Source: Candidatus Aenigmatarchaeota archaeon
GTDB lineage: Archaea > Aenigmatarchaeota > Aenigmatarchaeia > CG10238-14 > SpSt-28
Assembly (NCBI GenBank): GCA_032249395.1
Contig: JAVVFY010000003.1
Location: forward strand, 40,738 to 104,737
DNA: 64,000 nt
Reading direction: 5' to 3'
Position 1 is the first letter of the stretch; every line of letters begins with the position of its first letter. Shown piece after piece: positions 50,696 through 60,931 of the stretch. The notes under the pieces were generated by a model that saw only the letters and a list, made by a program, of their open reading frames with translations, was not told the DNA's origin and ran no database searches. Position numbers and translations under genes: made by a program.

Positions 50696-51874
50696 ATGAG
50701 TCTAAAATCAATTTCCACTTTTCTAGCAAGCGTTTTATTAATTGGCTTTACTATTGCTAGTGGAATAATAGTTTATTATTTTTTAACAAATTTACCAAAA
50801 GTTCAAACTACAGAAATTTCTAGCCAAGCTTCTAAAGTATTAAGCTGTGCAGGAGATACTTTTGATGTTAAAGTAAGAAATTGCAATTTATTGAATGGAT
50901 TAGTATTATGGCTACCAATGGATGAAGGCAGTGGAACAATAACTTATGATTATTCTGGTTATGGAAACAATGGAACATTATATAATGGTACTAACATATG
51001 TTCTAATCCACCTACTTCTGGTTGTCCAACTTGGGTTGATGGAAAGATTGGAAAAGCTTTGAGTTTTGATGGTAGCGATGATTATGTAACCATAGGTAAT
51101 GTTGGTTCTGGAGTTACAAGTGGTAGTAGTAATGATATAGGTAGTTTATTGGGTAATGGTCCATTTACTGTTACTTTATGGTATAAACCAATTTCTAATC
51201 CAGGATCTAGTGATTGGGATTTTTTACTTGATCAAAGAGCTGACATTAATTGGGGGGATGGTTTTTATATCCTAAATGATGGTAGACTTTCAAATAAAAT
51301 ACTATTTGGTGTTGCTGATTCGACATCAAGTGAAAAGACAGTAAATAGCAATACTCAATTACAGGTAAACAATTGGTATCATATTGTTGCTTTGTATGAT
51401 GGAAGTGCGATAAGAATCTATGTAAATGGTAACTTCGAAAACTCTGTATCTCAAACAACGAGAAGAAGTAACACAGTAGGAGCAGTCATAGGTTCTAGAT
51501 ATTCTAAGGATCAAAAATATGTTAACGGTATTATAGACGAGGTCCACATTTACAACAGAGCTTTAAGCGAAGATGAAATTAAACAATTGTATTACAATGG
51601 CTTAACGAACAAATTCAACATAACTATTGGATTGTTGAATTTTGGATATGCAGATTTGGGTAAAAGCTTTAATGCTATTGTTTATTTAAAAAATGGAACA
51701 ATTTTACAATTACCTCTAGTTTTAAACAGAGATTTAACTAAAGGAAGCTATTTAGAAAAAACTTTAACAATAGATGGCTATTATCCGAGCTATGGATTAG
51801 TTGATAAAATAATGGTTTGTAGCAATGATTGCCAAGGGGTTTGTAGTGAAATAAAAATAAACAATCAATGTTAA
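50696..51874 (+). CDS. Type IV pilin-like protein with an inserted LamG/concanavalin-A-like domain
   Basis: Class III signal LKS/ISTFLASVLLIGFTIA; GLVLWLPMDEGSG...DYSGYGNNG...ALSFDG...WYHIV...IYVNG...IDEVHIYNRALSEDEI. Confidence 0.85.
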   Translation: MSLKSISTFLASVLLIGFTIASGIIVYYFLTNLPKVQTTEISSQASKVLSCAGDTFDVKVRNCNLLNGLVLWLPMDEGSGTITYDYSGYGNNGTLYNGTNICSNPPTSGCPTWVDGKIGKALSFDGSDDYVTIGNVGSGVTSGSSNDIGSLLGNGPFTVTLWYKPISNPGSSDWDFLLDQRADINWGDGFYILNDGRLSNKILFGVADSTSSEKTVNSNTQLQVNNWYHIVALYDGSAIRIYVNGNFENSVSQTTRRSNTVGAVIGSRYSKDQKYVNGIIDEVHIYNRALSEDEIKQLYYNGLTNKFNITIGLLNFGYADLGKSFNAIVYLKNGTILQLPLVLNRDLTKGSYLEKTLTIDGYYPSYGLVDKIMVCSNDCQGVCSEIKINNQC

Positions 51875-51880
51875 AATCTT

Positions 51881-52045
51881 TTACACTCTAATTCTCGTTC
51901 TTCTCCATCTTTTAGGATGAGTAATTATTCTTCTTGTTCTTGCCCTTTTCAATCCAAACTTTCTTATGCTAGCCCATATTGGTGCTCTTCTTATCTTTGC
52001 TATTGCAGCAAGCTTTATTTTCTTAGTTATATGCTCTATAGACAA
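51881..52045 (-). CDS. rpl39e: 50S ribosomal protein eL39 (not in ORF track)
   Basis: TTG start directly after the rrp42 stop; MSIEHITKKIKLAAIAKIRRAPIWASIRKFGLKRARTRRIITHPKRWRRTRIRV. Confidence 0.82.
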   Translation of the reverse strand: MSIEHITKKIKLAAIAKIRRAPIWASIRKFGLKRARTRRIITHPKRWRRTRIRV

Positions 52046-52798
52046 TTACAACAACCTCCTTAATTCTTTTGATTTTTCTATTGCTAAATCTAAAGCATTT
52101 TCTATATCTTTAAAACTAAAAGTTCCTATTCCTTGCTTTTGTATAGCGCAAATCCTATCATCATCTCTAATTCCAATAACAAGTCTAGCATCAATTACAT
52201 CTTCCTCTTCTTTACTTAAATCTACAAGCAGGCTATTGTTATATTTTCCAATAGTTACACTAACTGGCTTGTAAATTACAGGCAATTTAGAAACAAACTC
52301 TCCTCTTATTATTTTTCCGTTTTCTATTTTTGGGATTTGAGTATGAAGCAAAGCTTTTATAGATGCAAGCATAGAAGCATCCATAATGTTGCCTCTCATA
52401 TCAAATATAGCTATGTCAACATAAACAATCCAAACTTTTCCTTCTTCTATAAATAGTTTATCAAGTTCTATTGCTTGAGATTCTCTAATTATTCTATCTA
52501 CGATCCTAGCTAACTCTATTGCATCTTCTCCTGGAGGTCCGGGTTCTATTTCTGGAGAAGATAATGGAGTAAATTCTGCATTAACTATCAATATTCCTTC
52601 ATTAGGAGAATCTGGAAATGGTTCCCCTAAATCCAGTTTTACTCCAGCATAAACTTTTGTTCCTCCAAGATTAACAAAAGCTGAACCTTCTGCTTTAGAA
52701 GCTACAGAATGTTTTATTTCTATAGGTCTGTAATCTTTAAAACCCCTTCCATCAATCCTTTTACCTTGGTTTAAATACTCTTTAACAAATTCTTCCAT
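52046..52798 (-). CDS. rrp42: Exosome subunit Rrp42
   Basis: RIDGR, AEGSA, PFPDSPNEG, ELARIVDRIIRES. Confidence 0.95.
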   Translation of the reverse strand: MEEFVKEYLNQGKRIDGRGFKDYRPIEIKHSVASKAEGSAFVNLGGTKVYAGVKLDLGEPFPDSPNEGILIVNAEFTPLSSPEIEPGPPGEDAIELARIVDRIIRESQAIELDKLFIEEGKVWIVYVDIAIFDMRGNIMDASMLASIKALLHTQIPKIENGKIIRGEFVSKLPVIYKPVSVTIGKYNNSLLVDLSKEEEDVIDARLVIGIRDDDRICAIQKQGIGTFSFKDIENALDLAIEKSKELRRLL

Positions 52799-53527
52799 TC
52801 ACTCTTCCTCCCTTTCTGTTTTGAATTTATCGAGCAATGTCTTTTTTTGTAATTCATATATTTTTTTACAAACTTCTTCAGCTTTCTTCAAAAGTTCCAA
52901 AACTTCCTCTTTAGTTAACCTTCCGTCCATTTGTAAAAGAGTTATTAAACCTTTAGAGGGCATCATAGCAACAGCCATATCTGATTCTGAATAGTTATCT
53001 TCTTTACCATTCAAATCAACTATTAAAGTATTATCAACTTTTCCCACAGAACAAGCAGCAACTAAATCTTTCATTGGTATGCCAGCAGAAGCTAAAGCCA
53101 AAGACGCCGCATTTATAGCTGTTACTCTTGTGCTACCATCGGCTTGAACAATATTTTCATAAACATCCACGACTGCCTTTGGAAAATCTTCAATAAAAAT
53201 TGCTGCAGTCAAAGCTTCCTTTGTAACTTTTGAAATCTCTATGCTTCTTCTATCTGGAGCCGGATTTTTTCTTTCATCGACAGAAAAGGGAGACATAGAA
53301 TAAATCACTCTAACCAAACCGACGTCACTTTCTTGCAAGAACTTTGGGAATAGTGCCCTAGGCCCATAAACAGCAACTATAGCTTCTGTATTTCCAAAGC
53401 TAACTCTGGCGGAGCCATCAGCATTAGAAATTTCCCCTACTGACATTTTTATTTCTCTAACTTCTTCTGGCAATCTACCATCAATTCTTCTGCCATTAAC
53501 TATAAGCTTAACATCTGATTTTTTCAT
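52799..53527 (-). CDS. rrp41: Exosome subunit Rrp41
   Basis: ADGSA, VYGPR, DRRSIEISKV, QADGSTR, LLQMDG. Confidence 0.95.
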   Translation of the reverse strand: MKKSDVKLIVNGRRIDGRLPEEVREIKMSVGEISNADGSARVSFGNTEAIVAVYGPRALFPKFLQESDVGLVRVIYSMSPFSVDERKNPAPDRRSIEISKVTKEALTAAIFIEDFPKAVVDVYENIVQADGSTRVTAINAASLALASAGIPMKDLVAACSVGKVDNTLIVDLNGKEDNYSESDMAVAMMPSKGLITLLQMDGRLTKEEVLELLKKAEEVCKKIYELQKKTLLDKFKTEREEE

Positions 53528-54184
53528 TTAACCACCCAACATTTTTGCTATTTTTTCAGTTAATCCAACTGTATGAGCTTCTTTTTCGATTGTCAAAATA
53601 GCCTCAATGGCCTTTTCTTTATTCCCTCCTTTTATCCAAATTACTCCATTCTGACCAACATAAATTTCGGAACCAGTTTTTTTCTTAATCATTTCTATCA
53701 TGCTTCCTCCCTTCCCTATAACTCTAGCAACTTTGTAAGGAGTAATTTTTATAGTTATCCCACCAAAAAGTTTTCTTGCTAGCATGTCTTTCATGCTAAC
53801 TTGAATTATTTTATTTTTCGTTACTTTTGTTATTTTACAAAATATTACATCATCAATATCATAAAACCTGCTTAAATCAACTCTTCTAACATCAACAAAC
53901 TCTTCAACCGCTTCACCTAATGGTAAGAATGCTCTATAAGGAGAATTTATATCAACCCACCATCCAGAAACTTCTATTTCTTCTATTCTTCCTATAATCC
54001 TATCTCCAACCTTAGGAAAATACTTGCCTGCCAACGGGACTACAGCTATTTCTTCTTCGCTAATTTTAAGTACACCTAACACTTTTGAAAATACTTTTTC
54101 CCCTTCAACATAACAATTAACGATCTTTCTCCCTTTCCTCTCTCCAATGTACGTTCCAGGTAAAACAATTTCTCTTTGAGTCAT
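53528..54184 (-). CDS. rrp4: Exosome RNA-binding subunit Rrp4
   Basis: S1 (VDINSPY) plus KH (RVIGKGGSM, VGQNGVIW). Confidence 0.94.
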   Translation of the reverse strand: MTQREIVLPGTYIGERKGRKIVNCYVEGEKVFSKVLGVLKISEEEIAVVPLAGKYFPKVGDRIIGRIEEIEVSGWWVDINSPYRAFLPLGEAVEEFVDVRRVDLSRFYDIDDVIFCKITKVTKNKIIQVSMKDMLARKLFGGITIKITPYKVARVIGKGGSMIEMIKKKTGSEIYVGQNGVIWIKGGNKEKAIEAILTIEKEAHTVGLTEKIAKMLGG

Positions 54185-54888
54185 ACTTCCACCTTCTTCA
54201 GAACTTTAGATTCAAAATTTCCTTTTGTTATTTCGGCAATCTTTCTAAAGAATTCATCTTGAACACCGCTAAATATTTCAATTTGTACTTGCAAACTTCC
54301 GTCTCCCAAATACTCTTCGCTTTTTACCTCCCCCGCCTTAGTTATTACACTATAAACTTTTCCAGAATATTCAGCAGGAATTTTTAATTGCAGAAGAACT
54401 CTCTCAAATTTTATTGGTAATATAGGTTTTATAGCCTTAAGAACTCTCTCTAATTGAATTTCCGCATCAAGAAAAGGATCAATATTTACACCAGCCATCT
54501 CCATAGCATTGAGAATTCTTTGAGGAGGATGTGGTGTATTTGTTTGGGGATTTATTGCCCTCTTTGAAATTAAATTTGCTATTTGATTTTTCTTTTCTTC
54601 TATCAACTCTCTCTTTTGCTCGGTTGTTAAAGAAAACTCTCCTTTCTTTATTATCTCTTCCGCTATTTTGAATACATCAGTAGTTCCAAAAGTCTTTTGT
54701 AAATCTTCCTCTCTTGCAGCTTCTCCTCTTCTTGCATCTTTGTATATAGCAGGATAAGCTAATACTTCTTGTATATTTATGTTTGCGCCTTTTTTCATCT
54801 CAAAAGCTTTTCTTGGATCTACTAAAATCTCAAAATTCATCCCTTTAGATTTTAACCTTGCAACTACAGCCTTATCAACACTAATCAT
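54181..54888 (-). CDS. Ribosome maturation factor SBDS/Sdo1
   Basis: VVARL...FEILVDP, FGTTD, PHPPQRI. Confidence 0.94.
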   Translation of the reverse strand: MISVDKAVVARLKSKGMNFEILVDPRKAFEMKKGANINIQEVLAYPAIYKDARRGEAAREEDLQKTFGTTDVFKIAEEIIKKGEFSLTTEQKRELIEEKKNQIANLISKRAINPQTNTPHPPQRILNAMEMAGVNIDPFLDAEIQLERVLKAIKPILPIKFERVLLQLKIPAEYSGKVYSVITKAGEVKSEEYLGDGSLQVQIEIFSGVQDEFFRKIAEITKGNFESKVLKKVEV

Positions 54889-54894
54889 AAGAAT

Positions 54895-55602
54895 TCACTT
54901 TAGTATCTTTTTTATGTCATCTTCCCCTAAAATGGTAAACTTTTTGTTTTCAATAACTGCTATATCAATCTTCTTTCCTTCTTTTATCTTTTCTGTTTTT
55001 TCAAGTACGTCTATTGCTAATTTTATAGCATCTTTCTTTGTTATGTTTGGGTTCCATTCTTCTCTAAATATTTTCATCGCAGTCTGCGCCCCTCTTCCAA
55101 TAGCATAGGCATACCATTCAAAAAGCATGCCAGATGGGTCTGCTTCTATTAAATGAGTTCCTGTATGATCCTCTCCTCCAAAAATTATTGTAACTCCATA
55201 AGGTCTCAAGCCACCATATTGGGTCAAAAGTTGCATTCTATTTCCAACTTCCTTTGCTAAAGTCCACACATCTATTGGCTCTTCATAAGTTATTTGATGT
55301 CTTTGAGCCACTATTCTCGCGAAATCCACCAAAACTCTTGCATCCGCAAGATATCCTGAAGCTACTGCTCCGATGTGATCATCGACTTGAAAAACTTTTT
55401 CTATAGATGTAGGTGCCATAAGCTCATCTAATACTTTTGCGGTAGCCAAAACTACTCCTTTATTAAAAACTATACCCAAAGCTGTTATTCCTCTTTTAAC
55501 CGCTTCTTTAGCATACTCTACTTGGAACAGCCTACCATCTGGAGAGAACATTGCAATAGTTCTATCATATCCCATAGCTTCGGGAAAACCTTCTTCTGGC
55601 AT
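54895..55602 (-). CDS. psmA: Proteasome alpha subunit
   Basis: GYDRTIAMFSPDGRLFQVEYA, TQYGGLRPYG. Confidence 0.96.
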   Translation of the reverse strand: MPEEGFPEAMGYDRTIAMFSPDGRLFQVEYAKEAVKRGITALGIVFNKGVVLATAKVLDELMAPTSIEKVFQVDDHIGAVASGYLADARVLVDFARIVAQRHQITYEEPIDVWTLAKEVGNRMQLLTQYGGLRPYGVTIIFGGEDHTGTHLIEADPSGMLFEWYAYAIGRGAQTAMKIFREEWNPNITKKDAIKLAIDVLEKTEKIKEGKKIDIAVIENKKFTILGEDDIKKILK

Positions 55603-55606
55603 TTTA

Positions 55607-55981
55607 TCACCTCAAATCACTTAATTTTTTATCTTTTATCCTTAAATTTTTTAACAAAGACTTAATTGTTCCAGAAACTTTTAAAATTTTAACATTAATT
55701 CTCGAATCTCCAATTCTTTGCAACAAACCAAAAGCCAAAATTATATTTGGAACAAATTTATGATTACACTTAACTACTCCAATTTGCTCTTTTTCATTCC
55801 ATCTCTCATCTAAAAACTTAAAACCAAACTTACCAAATGTTAACTCGCCATAAAACTTTAAAATTGTTGAATTAACTAATTCTTTAAACGAAGTGTAGTT
55901 TATGGGTTCCTCAGAAATTATTTTAAACAAAATGTATCTTTTTCTTTCCCTCAAGCTAGGCAATAAAATTTTTAATCTCAT
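55607..55981 (-). CDS. rnp2: RNase P protein Pop5/Rpp14
   Basis: LPSLRERKRYI, VSGTIK. Confidence 0.9.
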   Translation of the reverse strand: MRLKILLPSLRERKRYILFKIISEEPINYTSFKELVNSTILKFYGELTFGKFGFKFLDERWNEKEQIGVVKCNHKFVPNIILAFGLLQRIGDSRINVKILKVSGTIKSLLKNLRIKDKKLSDLR

Positions 55982-56002
55982 TTATGATTTTCGAATAAAA
56001 AT

Positions 56003-56836
56003 TTAGAAATTTTGAAGATATTTAACTGCCTCTTCATTAGCAAACTCCAAACATTCCCTTAAATCATAACCTAAATAGTAATGATGAATAAAAGCTGCAT
56101 TAAAAACATCCCCCACTCCAGTAGGATTTTTTACTTCAGCTTTTATTCCCTCAATTTCTATTTTCTCCCCATTTTCAATTGCCATAGCCCCATCTTTTCC
56201 TCTCTTTATAACCAATGTTCTACCTTTAAACCAGTCAAAATTATTTGAAATTAAAGATGCCTCTTTTTCATTTAAAAACATTACATCAACAAATTTTACT
56301 ACTTCAAAAAATTCGTTCTTTTCAAAATTAATTCCTGATTTCAAATCAGGGTCAAAGGAAATTATTTTATCTTTATTTTTTATTTCTCTAAAAAGTTTTG
56401 GTAACTCTTTTCTTAAATTTTCTAACAAATTATAACCAGCAAAATGTACCACTTCACCTTCTATTTCAGAAATTTTTATATGTTCTAAAGACAAAAGCTT
56501 GTTAGTTCCTCTAAAAGTTACTAATTTTTTATTGCCATCTTTAAATTGCAAGCCAACTGTTATACCAGTTCTTTCATTAACTCTTTTCAATTTTAAGTCG
56601 ACGTTTGCTTTCCTTAATTCTTCTATTATAAAATTTCCAAAATAATCATTCCCTACTAAACCTATTAGCCTAACTTTCATACCAAGCTTGCTCAACCATA
56701 TAGAAAAATTTGCCGCCCCACCACCCACTTTTAATTTAACGTCTTCTACAATTTTTTGTTCATTCTCGTCAAAATTCTCAAGAGCTTCTGTAAGAATGTC
56801 TACATTAACATCTCCAATAGAAGTTACATCTATCAT
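56003..56836 (-). CDS. PfkB-family carbohydrate kinase
   Basis: GGGAAN, GLVGNDYFG, FLNEKE, NPTGVGDVFNAAF. Confidence 0.9.
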   Translation of the reverse strand: MIDVTSIGDVNVDILTEALENFDENEQKIVEDVKLKVGGGAANFSIWLSKLGMKVRLIGLVGNDYFGNFIIEELRKANVDLKLKRVNERTGITVGLQFKDGNKKLVTFRGTNKLLSLEHIKISEIEGEVVHFAGYNLLENLRKELPKLFREIKNKDKIISFDPDLKSGINFEKNEFFEVVKFVDVMFLNEKEASLISNNFDWFKGRTLVIKRGKDGAMAIENGEKIEIEGIKAEVKNPTGVGDVFNAAFIHHYYLGYDLRECLEFANEEAVKYLQNF

Positions 56837-56870
56837 AAATTTCTTTTTAATGAAAATTTTAATTTATGAT

Positions 56871-58190
56871 ATGAGCATATTCAAAGCCTATGATATTAGG
56901 GGTATTTATCCTAATGAAATTAATGAGAAAATTGCCTATAAAATAGCTAGAGCTTGTGCAAGATATTTTAAAGGTAATAATGCGCTTGTAGGCGGAGATG
57001 GAAGAATATCTACACCAACATTAAAAAAAGGGTTAATAGACGGGTTGTTAGAAGAGGGGGTAAACGTTTATGATTTAGGCACGATATCGACATCCACTTT
57101 TAATTTTATAATTTCTAGTGGCAATTTTGATTTTGGACTGCATGTAACTGCATCTCATAATCCAAAAGAGTTTAACGGAATAAAAATATACGATAATACT
57201 GGAAATTTCATTGGTTTGGGAATGGGACTTGAAAAAATAGAAGAGATTTTTAATGCGATAAATATAGAGAATGGAAATAAAAGTGGTAAATTAATAGATG
57301 CATCCGAAATGAAAAATCTACATAAAAAATTCCTAGAAGATTTTATAGAAAGCTTTGATAAAAGAATTTGTATAGATTATTCTAATGGATGTGGCAGCGT
57401 AGTATTTTCAGATGTTATAAAAAACAGAATAAACGCTATAGAAATCAACAAAGAGATTGATGGAAATTTTCCTTCCCATCCACCAGAACCTACTGAAGAG
57501 AACTTAAAAAAACTAAGCGAGCTTATAAAGAAAAACAACTGCTCATTAGGAATAGCTTTTGATGGAGATGCAGATAGAATTGTATTTTTAGATGAAAAGG
57601 GGAAATTAATTAGAGGGGATAGAATTCTTTATATTTTTTCTAAGTTTTTAAGACCAAAGAAAGTTGTCTACGAAGTTTCATTCCCACCGTTATTCAGAAA
57701 TATGCTCGAAAAATTGGGAATAAGACATGTGGAAAGTAAAGTTGGTAGAGTTTACATAATAAATGAAATGAGAAAGGAAAATGCAGATATTGGTGGTGAG
57801 ACTTCGTCTCACTTCTACTTTAAAGCTACAAACTTCGTGGAAGATGCTTTTTATGCTTTTGCTTTAATGATAAAAATACTTAAAAAAGAAGAAAAAACAA
57901 TAAGCGAGTTATTAGAAGAATATCCAGAGTTACCTCATGAAAGTTTTAAAATAAGCGTTCCTGAAGATAAAAAATATCATATAGTTGAAAAACTTAAAGA
58001 GGAAATATCAAAAGAATTTGAAACTATAACAATAGATGGAGTTAAAGTTATATTGGACGATAAAAATTGGTTCTTAATTAGAGCATCCAATACTGAACCT
58101 GTTATCAGAGTTTATGTTGAGGGGGAAAGCAAAGAAAAGTTAGATAAAAACAAAAAGATTGTTGAGAATTTTATCAAAAAATTTATTTAG
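56871..58190 (+). CDS. Phosphoglucomutase/phosphomannomutase
   Basis: Start at MSIFKAYDIRG (the track's 56688 extension overlaps pfkB); TASHNP, FDGDADR, GGETSSH, RASNTEP. Confidence 0.93.
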   Translation: MSIFKAYDIRGIYPNEINEKIAYKIARACARYFKGNNALVGGDGRISTPTLKKGLIDGLLEEGVNVYDLGTISTSTFNFIISSGNFDFGLHVTASHNPKEFNGIKIYDNTGNFIGLGMGLEKIEEIFNAINIENGNKSGKLIDASEMKNLHKKFLEDFIESFDKRICIDYSNGCGSVVFSDVIKNRINAIEINKEIDGNFPSHPPEPTEENLKKLSELIKKNNCSLGIAFDGDADRIVFLDEKGKLIRGDRILYIFSKFLRPKKVVYEVSFPPLFRNMLEKLGIRHVESKVGRVYIINEMRKENADIGGETSSHFYFKATNFVEDAFYAFALMIKILKKEEKTISELLEEYPELPHESFKISVPEDKKYHIVEKLKEEISKEFETITIDGVKVILDDKNWFLIRASNTEPVIRVYVEGESKEKLDKNKKIVENFIKKFI

Positions 58191-58208
58191 GACGGACAAT
58201 TTTTCTTT

Positions 58209-59693
58209 ATGGATGAATTAAAAGATAAAACAATTCTATTTGTTTCTCCTGAGCTAAAGACATTTAAATCCAGAGCTGGAGGGTTGGGTCAAGTAGCTGA
58301 AGAATTGACAAAGGCTTTAGGCGAGTTAGGTTTAAAAGTAATTGTGGGGTCTTGTCTTTATAAGTATATAGTAATAGATTCCTATAAAAAAGAAATTGAT
58401 TTCTCCGATCTTAACCTAAAGGAAGCTGGTGAGATTGATGTGATAATTGACAAAAAATATAAAACGAAAATTTTTACAACAGAAAAATATGGAGTAAAAT
58501 TCGTTTTTCTTTTTAACGATGAACTAACAGAAGCTTTATATATAGGTGACTTATTAAAATTTTCTATATTCTTTGCTAAAGGTATTCTAGAAGCTATGAA
58601 ATTGTTAAACATTAAGCCTGATATAATACATTTGAATGACGCTTTAACGAGCCTTGTAGCAATATACGCTAAAGATGATCCATCTTACATAGATTTCTCC
58701 AAGGCAAAATTCGTATTTACAATACATAATGCGGGCTTTGCTTATCAGCAAATTCACTCTATTGAAAGAAAAAACTTACTTAACCTTCATTCTTTCTCTT
58801 TAGAAAAGTTGATTTGGAACGGAAATATAAACTTGTTATACGCTGGAATAGAAAATTGCGATATAGTAAATACTGTAAGTGAAGATTACGCTATCAACTT
58901 AAAAGTTGAAGGAGAGGGAATGAGAGATGTCTTCGTTAGAAAAAACGTATTTGGAATTTTAAATGGGATTGACGTTGATTATTGGAGGTCGAAGACATAC
59001 AAAAATGCTACTATTGATAACATTTTAGAGCTGAAATTGAAAGAGAAAGAAAAATTAATTAAAGAAATAAAAGCTAGAACAGGGAAGAGATTGAAAGAAG
59101 ATAATATGATAGTCATAATGCCGAGAAGACTAAGCAGCCAAAAGGGATTTGATACAATAATGCCTCTTATAGAAGAATTCCACAATAATTACGGGCTTCA
59201 ATTTGTTGTTCTTGGCGTCGCTCACCCAAATGACAATGTTGGTCAAGATTGGGCTAGAAAATTTTTCGAATTACACAAAAAGTTAGAAGGATTTGCCTTT
59301 ATTTATTCCTTTGATGAAGAACTTGCGAAAATGATGTACGCTGGTGCTGATCTTTTACTCTATCCATCCCTACCTAATAAAGAGCCTTGTGGTACTGGCT
59401 ATATGATGTCAATGGTTAATGCAACTCCATGCTTAGGAACAAGAACGGGTGGTTTAGCTGAAGTTATAAAAGAGTTTGATGAGATTTTAGAAACTGGTAA
59501 TGGTTTTCTTGTATGGAAAGAAGAGTATTCAACTGAAGCATTCAGAAGAAAATTGGAGAAATCTATAAGAATTTTTAACAAAAAAGAGAAGTGGAAAAAA
59601 TTGATATGGAATGCTTTTAATACGGAGGTAGACATGAAGAATGTAGCAAGAGAATATATATCAAAAGTTTATTTACAAGCTCTAAAAATGTAA
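58209..59693 (+). CDS. glgA: Glycogen/starch synthase (GT5)
   Basis: RAGGLG, IIHLND, FTIHN, GILNGID, QKGFD, EPCG, TGGL. Confidence 0.88.
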   Translation: MDELKDKTILFVSPELKTFKSRAGGLGQVAEELTKALGELGLKVIVGSCLYKYIVIDSYKKEIDFSDLNLKEAGEIDVIIDKKYKTKIFTTEKYGVKFVFLFNDELTEALYIGDLLKFSIFFAKGILEAMKLLNIKPDIIHLNDALTSLVAIYAKDDPSYIDFSKAKFVFTIHNAGFAYQQIHSIERKNLLNLHSFSLEKLIWNGNINLLYAGIENCDIVNTVSEDYAINLKVEGEGMRDVFVRKNVFGILNGIDVDYWRSKTYKNATIDNILELKLKEKEKLIKEIKARTGKRLKEDNMIVIMPRRLSSQKGFDTIMPLIEEFHNNYGLQFVVLGVAHPNDNVGQDWARKFFELHKKLEGFAFIYSFDEELAKMMYAGADLLLYPSLPNKEPCGTGYMMSMVNATPCLGTRTGGLAEVIKEFDEILETGNGFLVWKEEYSTEAFRRKLEKSIRIFNKKEKWKKLIWNAFNTEVDMKNVAREYISKVYLQALKM

Positions 59694-60929
59694 ATGAGAA
59701 TTGCCTTTTTTTGTTGGGAGTTTTGGCCTAGATTAGTTGGTGGTTTAGGAACTTACGCTATAGAAATTACAAAAAAGTTTGTCGAAATGGGGCATGAGGT
59801 TACAGTATTTACATTGAATGATGGATTTCTACCAACAAAAGATTATTGGAATGGAATAGAAATCCATAGACCAATGATTTTAGATAGCAGTGAAATATTT
59901 CCAATTTTTGTTAGAGAAGATTTGAAAAGATGGGGTCATCACATTAAATTTTTCTCTGATATATTTGCCTTCAATTACCTTTCTGCATCAAAACTTGTTA
60001 ATCAGCTAATCAAAAAAGAGCAAAGAAAGTTTGATATAATATCTTTTCACGACTGGTTAGCAGGATTTGCTGGAATAATGGTTAAGAACAATACTAATTT
60101 ACCCGCTGTATTTCACGTTCATTCTCTAGAAGAGCAAAGATCATTAGGTGGAGGGTCTGAAGTCGTAAAGGAAATAGAAAGAGAATCTGCAAGAAAAGCT
60201 GACAAAATAATAACAGTTTCTTATTCAATGAAGGAATTTCTAGAAAGTTTAGGATATCCTAAAGAAAAAATCAATGTCGTTTACAATGGAATTGATGCAG
60301 AAAAATATTCCTTGAAAAACGTTAATTGGGAACTAGTCGAAAAACTAAGAGAAAGGTATAAGATAAAAGACGAAAAAGTTATCTTCTTCATAGGAAGATT
60401 AACTTGGGTTAAAGGAGTGGCTAATTTAATAAGAGCAATGCCGGAAATCTTGAAGAGTTTTCCTAATGTTAAACTTGTTATTCTTGGTAAGGGAGAAAGC
60501 TATACTGATTTAATACAGCTTAAACAATCCTTAAGAATAGGCGACAAAGTAGAGATTAGAAGTGAGTGGGTGAGTGAAGAAGAAAGAATTGCACATTATG
60601 CTATGGCTGATGTTTGCGTTTTTCCAAGTATAAGCGAGCCTTTTGGAATAGTCTCCCTAGAAGCAATGAGCATGGAGAAGCCGGTAGTTGTTGGAGCTAG
60701 AGGAGTTAGTGGCCTAAGAGAACAAGTAATTCCAAATGGGGAAAATAGATGTGGTGTTCATATAAATGGAGAAGATCCTAATGATATTGCTTGGGGAATA
60801 AAAGTGGTTTTAGAGAATTTCGAAGAGGCTAAGAAATGGGGAGAAAATGGGAGAAAGAGGGTTTTAGAGAATTTTACTATAGAAAAAACGGCAAAAGAAA
60901 CGTTAAAAATATACGAAAGCTTAATTTGA
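59694..60929 (+). CDS. GT4-family glycosyltransferase
   Basis: WEFWPRLVGGLG, HDW, EPFGIVSLEAM. Confidence 0.9.
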   Translation: MRIAFFCWEFWPRLVGGLGTYAIEITKKFVEMGHEVTVFTLNDGFLPTKDYWNGIEIHRPMILDSSEIFPIFVREDLKRWGHHIKFFSDIFAFNYLSASKLVNQLIKKEQRKFDIISFHDWLAGFAGIMVKNNTNLPAVFHVHSLEEQRSLGGGSEVVKEIERESARKADKIITVSYSMKEFLESLGYPKEKINVVYNGIDAEKYSLKNVNWELVEKLRERYKIKDEKVIFFIGRLTWVKGVANLIRAMPEILKSFPNVKLVILGKGESYTDLIQLKQSLRIGDKVEIRSEWVSEEERIAHYAMADVCVFPSISEPFGIVSLEAMSMEKPVVVGARGVSGLREQVIPNGENRCGVHINGEDPNDIAWGIKVVLENFEEAKKWGENGRKRVLENFTIEKTAKETLKIYESLI

Positions 60930-60931
60930 AT

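Noticed and set aside
51966..52274. 102-aa plus-strand ORF
   Set aside because: Antisense to rrp42 and eL39
56688..56870. N-terminal extensions in the track for PGM (also minD 60836 and MPG 62312)
   Set aside because: They overlap neighbouring genes; family-typical starts lie downstream
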